A DNA stretch of 64,000 bases, from sequence record LC739537.1, one strand, 5' to 3'. Below are positions 28,013-37,471 of this stretch, piece by piece. Numbering within the stretch: position 1 is the stretch's first letter; each line of letters starts with the position of its first letter. Under the pieces are notes generated by a model. That model was given only the letters and a program-made list of their open reading frames with translations. It did not search any database and was not told where the DNA came from. The position numbers and the translations under genes were made by a program. This DNA comes from Escherichia phage phiWec188.

Positions 28013-28277
28013 TCTTTCTCTCCTTTGCTTTGGGATACTCCCAACCCTCTGGGAGATCTTCGTTAAGCATCCACTCAAAAGGCCAGCGACAATAGCTATG
28101 CCACTTTCCATCCAAGTAGAGGCAATCTTCATCTACTGGTCCACAAGGATTGATAACTACAACACACCCTTTTGCTCGCCAATACTGAACTATTTCAGGG
28201 TAAAAACAAGAAACGTCAGTCCACTCCCAAACACGTTCATCATTCAGACGATATGCTGCTGGTAATGTTTCTTTCAT
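27996..28277 (-). CDS. hypothetical protein (start uncertain)
   Basis: ORF 27996..28463 overlaps 28282..28728 in another frame; internal ATG 28277 removes the conflict. Confidence 0.4.
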   Translation of the reverse strand: MKETLPAAYRLNDERVWEWTDVSCFYPEIVQYWRAKGCVVVINPCGPVDEDCLYLDGKWHSYCRWPFEWMLNEDLPEGWEYPKAKERKNVLRK

Positions 28278-28281
28278 AGTA

Positions 28282-28728
28282 TTAAACCTGAACCAAGGAA
28301 TCACGCCAATCTTTACTGCTACCCACGCCAAGGAAGTAATAGTCTGAGGTACTAACAGAAGTACGCCAAGCATGAATCCAATCAGGAACCTCCGGCTTAT
28401 GGCTGTAGCCATAGCGATCACCACTTGAGTCTGTTGCGATGTAATTGACAAACTCTGGCACATCTAAAGTTTCACCTTGATACTCTACACGCTTGAAGCC
28501 ATCTTCCACTTGTTCCTCCCCTTCCACCAGAAGGGCAAGAAGCTGAATATGTGGACAAGTGAAGTCTTGCCCTGGATAACGGGAGCGAATATCTGTTAAC
28601 AGTGCGATCACTGCCTTCGACAGGGTTTCATAATCTTCATACTTCACATATGTCCCTTCTGTCGGATCATCCGAACACATAAGCCAAGCGTCGTTGGGAT
28701 TTACACCATAATGTTTCACTTTACTCAT
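28282..28728 (-). CDS. hypothetical protein
   Basis: 148 aa ORF; aggagg RBS. Confidence 0.55.
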   Translation of the reverse strand: MSKVKHYGVNPNDAWLMCSDDPTEGTYVKYEDYETLSKAVIALLTDIRSRYPGQDFTCPHIQLLALLVEGEEQVEDGFKRVEYQGETLDVPEFVNYIATDSSGDRYGYSHKPEVPDWIHAWRTSVSTSDYYFLGVGSSKDWRDSLVQV

Positions 28729-28809
28729 TTAAACCTCCTACTCGTACATTAAGAAACCTAAAATAATAATCAGGACAACGAAAATAATAGTCTCTATCAT
28801 ACCACATTC

Positions 28810-29022
28810 TCACTTATTCATAGAAGCAGGAAGAATCGAGTGACACTTCCTGCACACTTTCACTTTAACAAGATTATCACTACATTCTGCGTAAATCAAG
28901 GCTTCTTTCAACTTATTCCCACATGAACAATACCCTGTTAGGTCCAGAGGAACATCAAAAAGCCCATAATCACTCTCATATTGCTTTTCACACAACGAAA
29001 TAACTCTTGTAAAGTAAGACAT
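28810..29022 (-). CDS. small zinc-ribbon-like protein
   Basis: 70 aa; CSCGNK ... CRKCH cysteine pairs. Confidence 0.45.
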   Translation of the reverse strand: MSYFTRVISLCEKQYESDYGLFDVPLDLTGYCSCGNKLKEALIYAECSDNLVKVKVCRKCHSILPASMNK

Positions 29023-29185
29023 TTCCTATCCTTCTGCTTGATTAATTAATTCTTTACACCTTAAGGCAAACTCTCGTGTAGACTGGAAGTGGACGTAAGC
29101 TGTTGACCACTTTTGGAGTTCTTCTCTACCAAGGGCTATCAACTCTTTATCTGTAAGTTTCATAGCTTCTTGTACTGTCATCGCG

Positions 29186-29407
29186 TTATTCCTCGATCAC
29201 TTCCACATCCCAAGAGAAGAATACATAGTCGCAACCTTCCCAAACATCATCTTCCAGGATCTCACAACCTTCCACTTTAGCCATCTCCTCTTGGGAAACG
29301 AAGAATGTTTGCAAATCATCGCTGAAAAGGTGTGCTTCAACAACAAAAGGAAGTTGAACATTTTCAAAACCTACGTAACCTGTAACATCGATAACTTTAA
29401 TCTTCAT
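29186..29407 (-). CDS. hypothetical acidic protein
   Basis: 73 aa ORF. Confidence 0.45.
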   Translation of the reverse strand: MKIKVIDVTGYVGFENVQLPFVVEAHLFSDDLQTFFVSQEEMAKVEGCEILEDDVWEGCDYVFFSWDVEVIEE

Positions 29408-29619
29408 GAGGGTTCTCCTTTATAAAGTAAACCTCTTAGTTCACATTCCGCAACCAATAGACGGTTAGCTTGATTGTCCATAGACACGTCTATCTCCACA
29501 CTCCAAGCATTAATATACACTTCGTTGATCTTTGCGTCAAGCATTTGTGCAACTAAAGCTACCGCTCCGGCGTACTCCAGTTTAATCTCTATAATCATTT
29601 GAGATGATCCCTTACCCAT
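29404..29619 (-). CDS. hypothetical protein
   Basis: 71 aa ORF. Confidence 0.45.
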   Translation of the reverse strand: MGKGSSQMIIEIKLEYAGAVALVAQMLDAKINEVYINAWSVEIDVSMDNQANRLLVAECELRGLLYKGEPS

Positions 29620-29882
29620 TGGATACGGACAGCATTGAGATGAGAACCATCTTCCTTATACTCTCTCGCGTAATCATCCCAATCTTTATTGAACGGGAGT
29701 TCTGGGTCCAACCCCGCAGCTTCGAACTGCTTTGACATTTCATATAGCAAATCATCATCACAATAACCGAAGAAATAGAGATTAGTGCATAAACCCCATT
29801 CACGGCGGAAAGGATTGCCGTCTGGCGCTCCCGCGTCCACCCAATCTGCGTAAGCTTGATAGAACTCTCGTAATGTTTTCAT
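29595..29882 (-). CDS. paralog family A member 6
   Basis: FYQAYADWVDAGAP, GLCTNLYFF, LPFN, RIQWVRDHL; 95 aa. Confidence 0.55.
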   Translation of the reverse strand: MKTLREFYQAYADWVDAGAPDGNPFRREWGLCTNLYFFGYCDDDLLYEMSKQFEAAGLDPELPFNKDWDDYAREYKEDGSHLNAVRIQWVRDHLK

Positions 29883-30235
29883 CGTTTAATGTTCTCCATC
29901 AAAAATTTGATAGCCTCTGCCTGGTCTTGACGGTGATCCAGGTACTCTTTATCCCAATTTATATTGTAACCGCCCTGAATACAAGGGTGAATGACCCCAC
30001 GAATCAGATCGTAGTTATCAATCAGACGGATAACCTTAATATCATCGATCAGAATCCTCCAACCTGGCGGCAAATCTACAGGAACGCCGAGAAACAATGG
30101 CAGATCCTTCGCAGGTTCTTGATAAAGAGCGATCAGGTCTTCCAGGGTTTCAATTAAAAGCTGTGCAGTGACCGATGGATTTGAGAGGCTCATATAAGCA
30201 TCACGTAGGTTTTCGTAGTAAGCTAATGTTTTCAT
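29879..30235 (-). CDS. hypothetical protein
   Basis: ORF 29879..30271; ATG 30235 preceded by aaaggagaaa. Confidence 0.5.
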   Translation of the reverse strand: MKTLAYYENLRDAYMSLSNPSVTAQLLIETLEDLIALYQEPAKDLPLFLGVPVDLPPGWRILIDDIKVIRLIDNYDLIRGVIHPCIQGGYNINWDKEYLDHRQDQAEAIKFLMENIKR

Positions 30236-30543
30236 TGGTTTTCTCCTTTTTCTAAGTGGTTTCTTACCCAAGCAATACGATTAAGGTCAAGGTGCATGTT
30301 GTTTTGGTCCAAACATAAATCAAAAGCTTCTTCCCCGAAAGGATAGGCAGCAGAGAGTCCCGCATCTTCAAACTGATCGGCAAGTTGACGCTCTAAGCGA
30401 GTAAGTATCGAGATATTGTCAGCGCCAGTGTAATATCGAAGATTGCTACACAGCCCTACACCACGGGAGAAAGGTCGGTAAGGCGGAGCGCCATTATCTA
30501 ACCAATCTGCGTATGCCTTGTAATACCCTTCTAATGTTTTCAT
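30232..30543 (-). CDS. paralog family A member 7
   Basis: YYKAYADWLDNGAP, GLCSNLRYY, YPFG, RIAWVRNHL; ATG at 30543. Confidence 0.55.
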   Translation of the reverse strand: MKTLEGYYKAYADWLDNGAPPYRPFSRGVGLCSNLRYYTGADNISILTRLERQLADQFEDAGLSAAYPFGEEAFDLCLDQNNMHLDLNRIAWVRNHLEKGENQ

Positions 30544-30698
30544 AACCACCCCTTATCTTGATAACCTTTAGAAAACCCTTCTTCCCACTCTTGAAACTTT
30601 TCAGGATGTTTATTGGGATCGTAAGGATTGTGGCGGCAAAACATACCGAATTTATAACCCTGTGCGTAGCCTTTATCGAATGCGTTCTTACTCTCCAT
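30540..30698 (-). CDS. small hypothetical protein (52 aa, not in ORF track)
   Basis: ATG 30698 preceded by gaggagaga; stop overlaps family A member 7 start (ATGA). Confidence 0.4.
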   Translation of the reverse strand: MESKNAFDKGYAQGYKFGMFCRHNPYDPNKHPEKFQEWEEGFSKGYQDKGWL

Positions 30699-30710
30699 TG
30701 TTCTCTCCTC

Positions 30711-30983
30711 TTATTCAACGTTCCAGAAAACACCACGTTTGTCTGTAATGTCTATATGATACTCCTCCCACATCTTAGTTACAAGAGGTCTTTCCACATA
30801 ACCATGAAAATAAACTTCAGAATGCACCCCGTAAGCTGTGTAATTGTCAACAGTCCCTTCTACCTTGAAGATCACCATGTCCCCACCTAAAAATCTTTCA
30901 AAGACCAAGGTGAAACAGTCGAACTTAACAACGTCTCCCTCGAAGAGGGAGATATCTTTCACCTTACAGAAATGTCCGATCAT
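30711..30983 (-). CDS. hypothetical protein
   Basis: 90 aa ORF; aaggagag RBS. Confidence 0.5.
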   Translation of the reverse strand: MIGHFCKVKDISLFEGDVVKFDCFTLVFERFLGGDMVIFKVEGTVDNYTAYGVHSEVYFHGYVERPLVTKMWEEYHIDITDKRGVFWNVE

Positions 30984-30992
30984 TTTCTCTCC

Positions 30993-31184
30993 TTAATACA
31001 CATCACCTACAAACCAGATTTCTGGATCGCCATACTGATCCTTCTCGTAAGATTTGTAGACACTACAGCAATATTTCAAAACACCGTCCACAAGGATTGT
31101 TGATCTTTCTTCTGGAATCTCTGTGATCTCCCCTTTACGGGTTTCGAAGATGGTATCACCCTTTTCAATCAGTCGGATTTTCAT
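30993..31184 (-). CDS. hypothetical protein
   Basis: 63 aa ORF; aggagg RBS. Confidence 0.45.
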   Translation of the reverse strand: MKIRLIEKGDTIFETRKGEITEIPEERSTILVDGVLKYCCSVYKSYEKDQYGDPEIWFVGDVY

Positions 31185-31185
31185 A

Positions 31186-31383
31186 TCATGCCTCCTTCAG
31201 TGCGATTAGTGCGTTCACCAGATTATCAACACCTTGATCATCCAGTGCAATAACATCAAAGTTAAACCCTGTATCAGTTGGTACTTTACGTGTTATGGTG
31301 TAATAGTCCCCTGCATGACGTTCAACATATGCGTATGGGTAACTGGTGTTCGGATCATGTTTTACGCGAATAGATGTTTTCAT
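31186..31383 (-). CDS. hypothetical protein
   Basis: 65 aa ORF. Confidence 0.45.
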   Translation of the reverse strand: MKTSIRVKHDPNTSYPYAYVERHAGDYYTITRKVPTDTGFNFDVIALDDQGVDNLVNALIALKEA

Positions 31384-31853
31384 GTTTTGTTCTCCTCTTT
31401 AGTTGCAACACGGAACTTATTAGCTTCTCTCACCTGGAACATGAAGTCTTTCTTCTTCATAATCCCGATGGACATTTCATCCAGTTCTTCTGGGTGGATC
31501 TGGAGATTACGGCGATCAGACAGGAACCAAGTTTTCTCCCACCAGAAGCGTTGATCCTCTTCTTCGTGATACCTGTATGCCTCTTTCTCTTCTTCGGTGA
31601 GAAGTTTGAAGCGATTCTTTCCTTCCCAACGCATTGCTGTGTTAAAAGGAATACCGTTATCCCCATTATACACTGCGGAAGTAGGAAGGCAATAGCCAGT
31701 TTCTGCGTCGATCATTTGGTAGTGAAATTCACATCCCAGTTCAACGTACTCTAAATCCCCATAAAAATCACTGATCAAGAAAGCAATGTAAGTTTCACCA
31801 TGTTCGGGAACAAATTCTTGCTTTGTCAACATTTCCAGTTTCAAACCTGCCAT
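31380..31853 (-). CDS. hypothetical protein
   Basis: 157 aa ORF; aaggagaaag RBS. Confidence 0.55.
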   Translation of the reverse strand: MAGLKLEMLTKQEFVPEHGETYIAFLISDFYGDLEYVELGCEFHYQMIDAETGYCLPTSAVYNGDNGIPFNTAMRWEGKNRFKLLTEEEKEAYRYHEEEDQRFWWEKTWFLSDRRNLQIHPEELDEMSIGIMKKKDFMFQVREANKFRVATKEENKT

Positions 31854-31865
31854 TGCTTTCTCCTT

Positions 31866-32117
31866 TTAGTCGAACCAGTTATATTCGGAAGGGTAACGCG
31901 CATAGTTTGGCTTATACCCCAGCCTTTTCATCTTAACAGACATACGAGTGAAGCCAAAGGTTTTTTTGCCCTTAGACATAAACTTCTTCCCACTCTTCAT
32001 TGGCTTCTTAGGATCTTTGATCGTCTGGTTTAACGCTCGCGCAAGCCACAAAGTGTATGCGCTCGGCACTTGATTAACTTTCATCTTGTTACCTTTCATT
32101 ATTTCACCTCCGACCAA
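31866..32117 (-). CDS. small basic protein
   Basis: 83 aa Lys-rich ORF. Confidence 0.45.
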   Translation of the reverse strand: MVGGEIMKGNKMKVNQVPSAYTLWLARALNQTIKDPKKPMKSGKKFMSKGKKTFGFTRMSVKMKRLGYKPNYARYPSEYNWFD

Positions 32118-32398
32118 TCAACAGTGATCCACTCATATGCTCCATCAGAGTCCATTTCTCTATAAACAACAAGCCCACGCTCACGAAGAATTGCTACTGC
32201 TTCATCCATCCACTTCACTTGATTGGAGATCGCCTCTGGATGGATAGGCGAATTAGCCAAACCAAAATCAGAGGGCGTGAAATTCTTTGAGAAGTTTCCC
32301 GCCCGTGCTTCAGAAAAACAGGTTTCAATCACCTCTTCAATAGGGAATTGGAAGGAAGCCTCTTTTGCAATACGGCGCAGTTGATCAGTCAAATTCAT
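32099..32398 (-). CDS. hypothetical protein
   Basis: 99 aa ORF; gaggagaaatg context. Confidence 0.5.
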   Translation of the reverse strand: MNLTDQLRRIAKEASFQFPIEEVIETCFSEARAGNFSKNFTPSDFGLANSPIHPEAISNQVKWMDEAVAILRERGLVVYREMDSDGAYEWITVDWSEVK

Positions 32399-32463
32399 TT
32401 CATTTCTCCTCTCATTTGTGTATGCAATGATTATCTACCAACGTGATCCTTATGTCAAGCTAT

Positions 32464-32976
32464 TTATTCAAAATAAACTTTAACTTGTGCCGTGCTGTAG
32501 CGATTGTAAATCTCAACCACGGCTTTAGCGTTATCTTCTTTATAGGATTGTGCCAGATCTTCCGCATCTCGGATATTTCCGGCAACACCCACGAGAACAA
32601 GATCCACCATTACAAGATATTTTTTATCTTCTGGACTCTCTTGAGAAGGCTCTTGTACTGGCTCTTCCTTTGGTTCTGGTGGCAAACCAACCTCTGCCTC
32701 AACATAAGAGTCAAACCAAGTGATATCGTTAAAATGCTTTAACTCATGTTTGGACAGCAACATACCACAATCAACGAAAGCACCTGCATTAGCTTCAAAG
32801 ACATGTCCTTCAAATGTTTGGAACTTAACCACATCCCCTTTTTCTGTTGTCTCCAACACCAGGAAGTGTTTTGGACCCAGCAGATCTGAAATCTTACGGT
32901 TCAGATTGACAGCTTCACGGAACGCATTGTACTCTTTTGTATTTTTGAATTTATAGGAATGCCCTTGAATAAACAT
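32464..32976 (-). CDS. paralog family B member 1
   Basis: 170 aa; C-terminal half (VGLPP..., LVMVDLVLVGV, EIYNRYSTAQVKV) aligns with adjacent 32989..33507. Confidence 0.55.
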   Translation of the reverse strand: MFIQGHSYKFKNTKEYNAFREAVNLNRKISDLLGPKHFLVLETTEKGDVVKFQTFEGHVFEANAGAFVDCGMLLSKHELKHFNDITWFDSYVEAEVGLPPEPKEEPVQEPSQESPEDKKYLVMVDLVLVGVAGNIRDAEDLAQSYKEDNAKAVVEIYNRYSTAQVKVYFE

Positions 32977-32988
32977 AATAGTCTCCTC

Positions 32989-33507
32989 TTAGTCAAATAT
33001 CACATTACTTACGAGTTTCGCTGTGCTACGCAGAGTATAAATCTCCACAAGCTTCCCTGGACTCTCTTTCTTCGCTTTCGTGGCTCTTTCTTGCGCCTCT
33101 GAAAAAGATGATACAGTATGCACTACTACGTAGTCAACAATAACTGCAAACTTTTTAGGCACAATATCTGCATCAGGGCGATCGTCGTGTGCGGAAACCT
33201 CCTTGCCTGGCTGCGGTGCCAGCGGCGGCAAGCCCACCATTAACAACGGACCTCCGTCAAAGAAATATCCGATCTCATCGTGCCCAATAAGGAAGCGATC
33301 CATTTGAGCATCACCTACTCCCTGATCCCAGAACAGCTTCTTATCTTCTACGAAGATGATAAGAGATAGGACATTCCCGTAAGCGTCTGTTTTGACTACT
33401 TCAAACCAAAACTCTCCGATCGCTTCAGCCAACTTTTTAGAAATTGATTGAAACAACTCTTGGTACGTGCCTTGTCTGAAACGATAGATATTACCTGGTT
33501 TAAACAT
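32989..33507 (-). CDS. paralog family B member 2
   Basis: 172 aa; VGLPPLAPQP, AVIVDYVVVHTV, EIYTLRSTAKLV shared with 32464..32976. Confidence 0.55.
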   Translation of the reverse strand: MFKPGNIYRFRQGTYQELFQSISKKLAEAIGEFWFEVVKTDAYGNVLSLIIFVEDKKLFWDQGVGDAQMDRFLIGHDEIGYFFDGGPLLMVGLPPLAPQPGKEVSAHDDRPDADIVPKKFAVIVDYVVVHTVSSFSEAQERATKAKKESPGKLVEIYTLRSTAKLVSNVIFD

Positions 33508-33529
33508 TAGTGTCTCCTCTTATGTTAAA

Positions 33530-33988
33530 TTATTGTTCTACTTCACGCAACCACGCTAAAGCCTCTTCTGGAGATTTATCGAAGTCGTTGAGCAGTTCCT
33601 GCTCCAACTCCTCTTTCATTTCATTCAGCACTTGTAGTTGACGTGCCTTTTTCCACAAGGCTACACGATAATCAACACCTTGTGGTGCTTCTTCTGCCAC
33701 TTTTACATTACCTGTCGGGCAGCGAGGAAGATAGTCTTCAATATCTTCCAAGGCACGGCGATAATTGGGGTCCATGTAGTTCACACGAACACGATTACAT
33801 TCTAACAAAGTGGCACGGAACACTTCATAACGTGTTTCGGATAGAATGTGTTTCACACAGACAGCACCAGTATCTTCTGAAATTACACTATACACTTCCA
33901 GTAGGCTGGAGTTTCTCTTGACATAATCTGTAACACATTGCACATATGCTCCCAATATTGTGGAAGCTCTCACTGGTTTTTCGCTCAT
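33530..33988 (-). CDS. hypothetical protein
   Basis: 152 aa ORF; ggggagg RBS. Confidence 0.55.
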   Translation of the reverse strand: MSEKPVRASTILGAYVQCVTDYVKRNSSLLEVYSVISEDTGAVCVKHILSETRYEVFRATLLECNRVRVNYMDPNYRRALEDIEDYLPRCPTGNVKVAEEAPQGVDYRVALWKKARQLQVLNEMKEELEQELLNDFDKSPEEALAWLREVEQ

Positions 33989-34224
33989 TTTCTACCTCCC
34001 CATAATGCCACCATTTTATTAAAGATGGAAGCGCGTCGTGCACGAGATGCTAACATACGATTGGCTTCTTCGTAGCCATCGAACAAACGATCTGTCAATA
34101 CCAACGCCAGTGTCTTCTCTTGCAGAGACTGGCAATTATGTTCAGGACGACAGTCGTGCCCTGCATCGAAGTACAGATTGTTCAGATAATTGTTTGCTCT
34201 CTCATTCTGCTTTGCAGTGATCAC
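33985..34224 (-). CDS. hypothetical protein
   Basis: 79 aa ORF; aaggaggg RBS. Confidence 0.5.
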   Translation of the reverse strand: MITAKQNERANNYLNNLYFDAGHDCRPEHNCQSLQEKTLALVLTDRLFDGYEEANRMLASRARRASIFNKMVALWGGRK

Positions 34225-34233
34225 AATCCCTCC

Positions 34234-34464
34234 TTAGTGAACAATTTCATATTCATGAGGAAGGAAAACATAATCTTCCCCTTCACCTGCATCTTCTTCA
34301 TCCCAGAAGAAACCTGGTATCTCAATCATCTTCGAAAAGCGCACATGGGCCAGCCCACTATACCCTATTTGTGCATTCAGCACAACGGGTAACTCTGCAC
34401 CAATCAGACCTACATACCCACAAGCGGTTTCAATACGAATTTTCATACGTTTCATGTTATGCAT
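34234..34464 (-). CDS. hypothetical protein
   Basis: 76 aa ORF. Confidence 0.45.
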   Translation of the reverse strand: MHNMKRMKIRIETACGYVGLIGAELPVVLNAQIGYSGLAHVRFSKMIEIPGFFWDEEDAGEGEDYVFLPHEYEIVH

Positions 34465-34666
34465 CTTTCATATTCTCCACGAAGTGACGAGCAACAGGAT
34501 TCCCGTAGAAATATTCATTGATGAAATCGATCACACACGTTTCACTGCCTGTCACAACGGACGGTGCGAAGTTTCGGAACTGCACGAGTACACGACTTGC
34601 GTTAGCAAGGGTGTGCACACGATCAGTGTTAGCTAAATACAAGGATACAGTTTTCATATTTGACAT
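34457..34666 (-). CDS. hypothetical protein
   Basis: 69 aa ORF; gaggag RBS. Confidence 0.45.
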   Translation of the reverse strand: MSNMKTVSLYLANTDRVHTLANASRVLVQFRNFAPSVVTGSETCVIDFINEYFYGNPVARHFVENMKDA

Positions 34667-34725
34667 TTCAATCTCCTCATTGGCTATCTGTTATGCGCGG
34701 TATGCAAACCACTATACAGACATTT

Positions 34726-35088
34726 TTATTCAATGCAAGCATTATTTACATCTTCGATACGATCTTCCACCCATTGCACACGCAGTTTGTTGAGATGACA
34801 TTTTCTGTTTTCACATTCTTCCTCGTAGTCGAAGAAGTCAGTATTGAAAGGTGTGCTTTTAGACAACCCTGCATAGATAAACTGTATCATCATTTCATCA
34901 CCTAAAGCTTCACGCATCTCCCAGAACATATCCACATCAGCCCCATGCTTCGGATATAATACTTCCCATGCAAAATTGCCTAAACATACGCACAAGCCAT
35001 TCGCTGTGTTCGCCAACTCACTACGGTTAGCCATCCAATTCTTATAGAACATCAGAAGAGTATCACTACTCAAGGGAATATTTTTCAT
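34726..35088 (-). CDS. paralog family A member 8
   Basis: LLMFYKNWMA, GLCVCLGNF, TPFN, RVQWVEDRI; 120 aa. Confidence 0.55.
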   Translation of the reverse strand: MKNIPLSSDTLLMFYKNWMANRSELANTANGLCVCLGNFAWEVLYPKHGADVDMFWEMREALGDEMMIQFIYAGLSKSTPFNTDFFDYEEECENRKCHLNKLRVQWVEDRIEDVNNACIE

Positions 35089-35089
35089 A

Positions 35090-35557
35090 TCAGGCTCCTT
35101 TACGATTATGCAAACAATCTTTCACTCGTTCTTGCACCCACTCTACACGAAGCTTGTTTTCATGCGCTCTGCTGTGGTTATACTCTCGCACATATTCTTC
35201 GTAGTTCACATTAAAGGGAACACTGACAGACAATCCTGCGCAACGGAATTGTTTCTTCATTTCTTTTAATGTTGCATCACTTATGGCACAAAGCTGTTTT
35301 GCCTGTTCCTCACTGAAATTACGGTCCCACATCTCATCCCAGATAAAGGTATCCAAGCATACACATAACCCATTCCTTGTGCGCTCTTTGGTATGATGAT
35401 CAGCAAGCCAACTTTCATAGAAGGCTAACAACATTGGACTACTCAACGGAACATTTTTACTCTCTTGCATGATAATCTCCTCTCTTGGTTTCATGACAAA
35501 CATCGTAACTCTCAACGAGGAACATCTTACGATCAATCCTCGGCAATTACAATTCAT
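35090..35557 (-). CDS. paralog family A member 9 (start uncertain)
   Basis: LLAFYESWLA, GLCVCLDTF, VPFN, RVEWVQERV; likely starts at internal Met (MQESKN...). Confidence 0.5.
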   Translation of the reverse strand: MNCNCRGLIVRCSSLRVTMFVMKPREEIIMQESKNVPLSSPMLLAFYESWLADHHTKERTRNGLCVCLDTFIWDEMWDRNFSEEQAKQLCAISDATLKEMKKQFRCAGLSVSVPFNVNYEEYVREYNHSRAHENKLRVEWVQERVKDCLHNRKGA

Positions 35558-35814
35558 TTATCATTGGTATTCCCTATCAATTATTCCATATATACCTGTT
35601 ATTTTTGACACCCCTTTGGTCAAATATTAATCGGCAAAATATCTGGGGGGAGAGATTATTTCGATACCCTCTGTTCCTGCGATTTATCGGCAAGAATATC
35701 ATCGGCAAAGAGACAGAAAAGCCTTTGGTAGCAAGGATTTATGGCGAGTACGTCAGGACTGCTGAACGCGAATTTTCCGGCCCCTCCACTTCTGCGCGCC
35801 GGAATCTTCAAATA

Positions 35815-36020
35815 TCAATGAGAATAATTATCATTATCATTCGCATTCAATAACTTAGGCGATCTTTTCCCCTGCTATAAGGTTGGGCCTAACTTAAGCA
35901 CTACTTTTTAAACAATCCTTTATCAATCAACTACTTAACAACCTAAACATATGATTACTACGGTGTAAAGGTGCCGCCCATAACAGACTACCTATAAAAT
36001 AAATGAGAATGATTATTATT
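35815..36020. repeat. two copies of a TGAGAAT-N-ATTCTCA-type palindrome (Fur-box-like)
   Basis: atgagaataattatcattatcattcg near 35817 and aatgagaatgattattattc near 35998; same motif recurs six times at 48.85-49.07 kb. Confidence 0.45.
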
Positions 36021-36317
36021 CAGACAATTCTTACAACAAATCGACCAATAAATCAAGATTTTTCTGATTTTATTTACGTTTAAGAGAACGTGCTCAACAT
36101 ATCCGCCATAGGCGGCTATCTTTCCCCCGCAAACATTAAGCCTTTATCTTTCATCTTTCTGTATATCTGTACACTATGCAACCTGTCGCTATTCGCTCAT
36201 GTTGCTACGTGCTAATCCTTCACCATGCTAATGATGATCACACTGAACGATAGTGATAACTCATGTAATAATTACATTGATTATTATATTACGCTTAACT
36301 ATTCTTACATACAATGC

Positions 36318-36440
36318 TAATAATAAGCCAGCGTAATTAGTGTAAGCGTAATACGCTTGCAATAATTGCAAGCTACATAATCACAAGAAATAACTATCAC
36401 CGATAGTTATGATTGTGGGGGTGTAGTTGGCTTATTATTA
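36318..36440. repeat. large imperfect palindrome with a perfect 19-bp core
   Basis: gcttgcaatAattgcaagc (36355-36373) flanked by inverted 11-mers aataataagcc / ggcttattatt about 110 bp apart. Confidence 0.5.
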
Positions 36441-36519
36441 GCTCGCTACGTGTCCGGCGTAGCGTGCTAATGATGAGGCTTGGAATGATTCATTTTACAA
36501 TTATTACAGTCTTCACTAT

Positions 36520-36990
36520 TTCGGCAATAGGCACTATTTTACTAATAGTTGTTATTTTAATGATTTCATTTGTTATCGTTAGTTAGTTGGTTGTTTTGTC
36601 GTGTTATCGTTATCTTGCTTAGTATTCATCATGGTTTGATTGTTTGTCGTTATCAATCATCTTTCTATTATTCCTTTGATTATGATTAGTTTGCTTATTG
36701 TTTTAGGTTGTTGGTTGGTTAGTTGTTGCGAACTATTATCAACATTATAGTTATGCACTTATATTGCATAGATACGCAAGGTTAGATGATAATGGTTATC
36801 ATTGCACTGGAAAGGAGGAAAACAGCCTTTTTCGGTTGTTTGTTGTTGGTTGTTGATCGATTTTAACCGCTCTAAATAGCTCTCTAACAGCCTGTTGCCC
36901 TGGGAGGTATGGTTATTCGTTTGCTGGTTGATTAGCTCGATACCGCGATTTATTCATTTTTGTTCTGTGTCGGTTTTTCATAGGCGGAAG
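36520..36990. repeat. G+T-rich low-complexity region with iterated gttatcgtt / ttggttgtt motifs
   Basis: Plus strand almost devoid of C/A runs; repeated gttatcgtt, ggttggtt; no ORF of 60 aa or more across 35.85-36.9 kb. Confidence 0.5.
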
Positions 36991-37009
36991 CTATCAACAT
37001 TATTTGGAC

Positions 37010-37040
37010 AAAAAGAAAGGGCGCTTAGTGCGCCCCTTGT
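37010..37040 (-). terminator. intrinsic terminator (minus strand)
   Basis: Minus strand: ggggcgcACTAAgcgccc then tttcttttt; just 3' of gene 37052..37471. Confidence 0.7.
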
Positions 37041-37051
37041 TTTGTTGTCGA

Positions 37052-37471
37052 TTATAAAGCTTCATAGATTGAGTATATCCGGTTCGCCAGGTCATTACGA
37101 AAGCGGAATTTTTCATCACGTTTAATCATCAGATCCTTAAAACCGCATTCTTTCAATGCTTCGTTAACTTTACTGCGGCATACTTTCATATTGTCCTGCG
37201 CGTCACCAATAAACTTATTGCTATGATGCATTGCTTTGATCTCTTCTTCCAGGACCAGGGCAACTACACGGATCGGATCAAGCTGATACGCGGTAACATC
37301 CATGCGGCATTGTAAACGGCTTTTAACGTCTGCCACCGGATATACTGCAACCTCTTCCCCGTCAACGTTCACGATAACCAGTTTACCATCAATTTCGAAG
37401 CCTTTAGCGGCGCTACCGTGACAAAAAGCGTTGTCGAAGGAGTAAGCTGGATTATTTGATTTAATGTTCAT
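37052..37471 (-). CDS. hypothetical protein
   Basis: 139 aa ORF; aaggacaacacc ATG context. Confidence 0.55.
   Translation of the reverse strand: MNIKSNNPAYSFDNAFCHGSAAKGFEIDGKLVIVNVDGEEVAVYPVADVKSRLQCRMDVTAYQLDPIRVVALVLEEEIKAMHHSNKFIGDAQDNMKVCRSKVNEALKECGFKDLMIKRDEKFRFRNDLANRIYSIYEAL

Noticed and set aside
35605-35853. Plus-strand ORF of 82 aa at the edge of the non-coding region
   Set aside because: No RBS, ends in an Ile-rich low-complexity tail caused by the repeat sequence, and lies in the likely promoter region of the leftward block.
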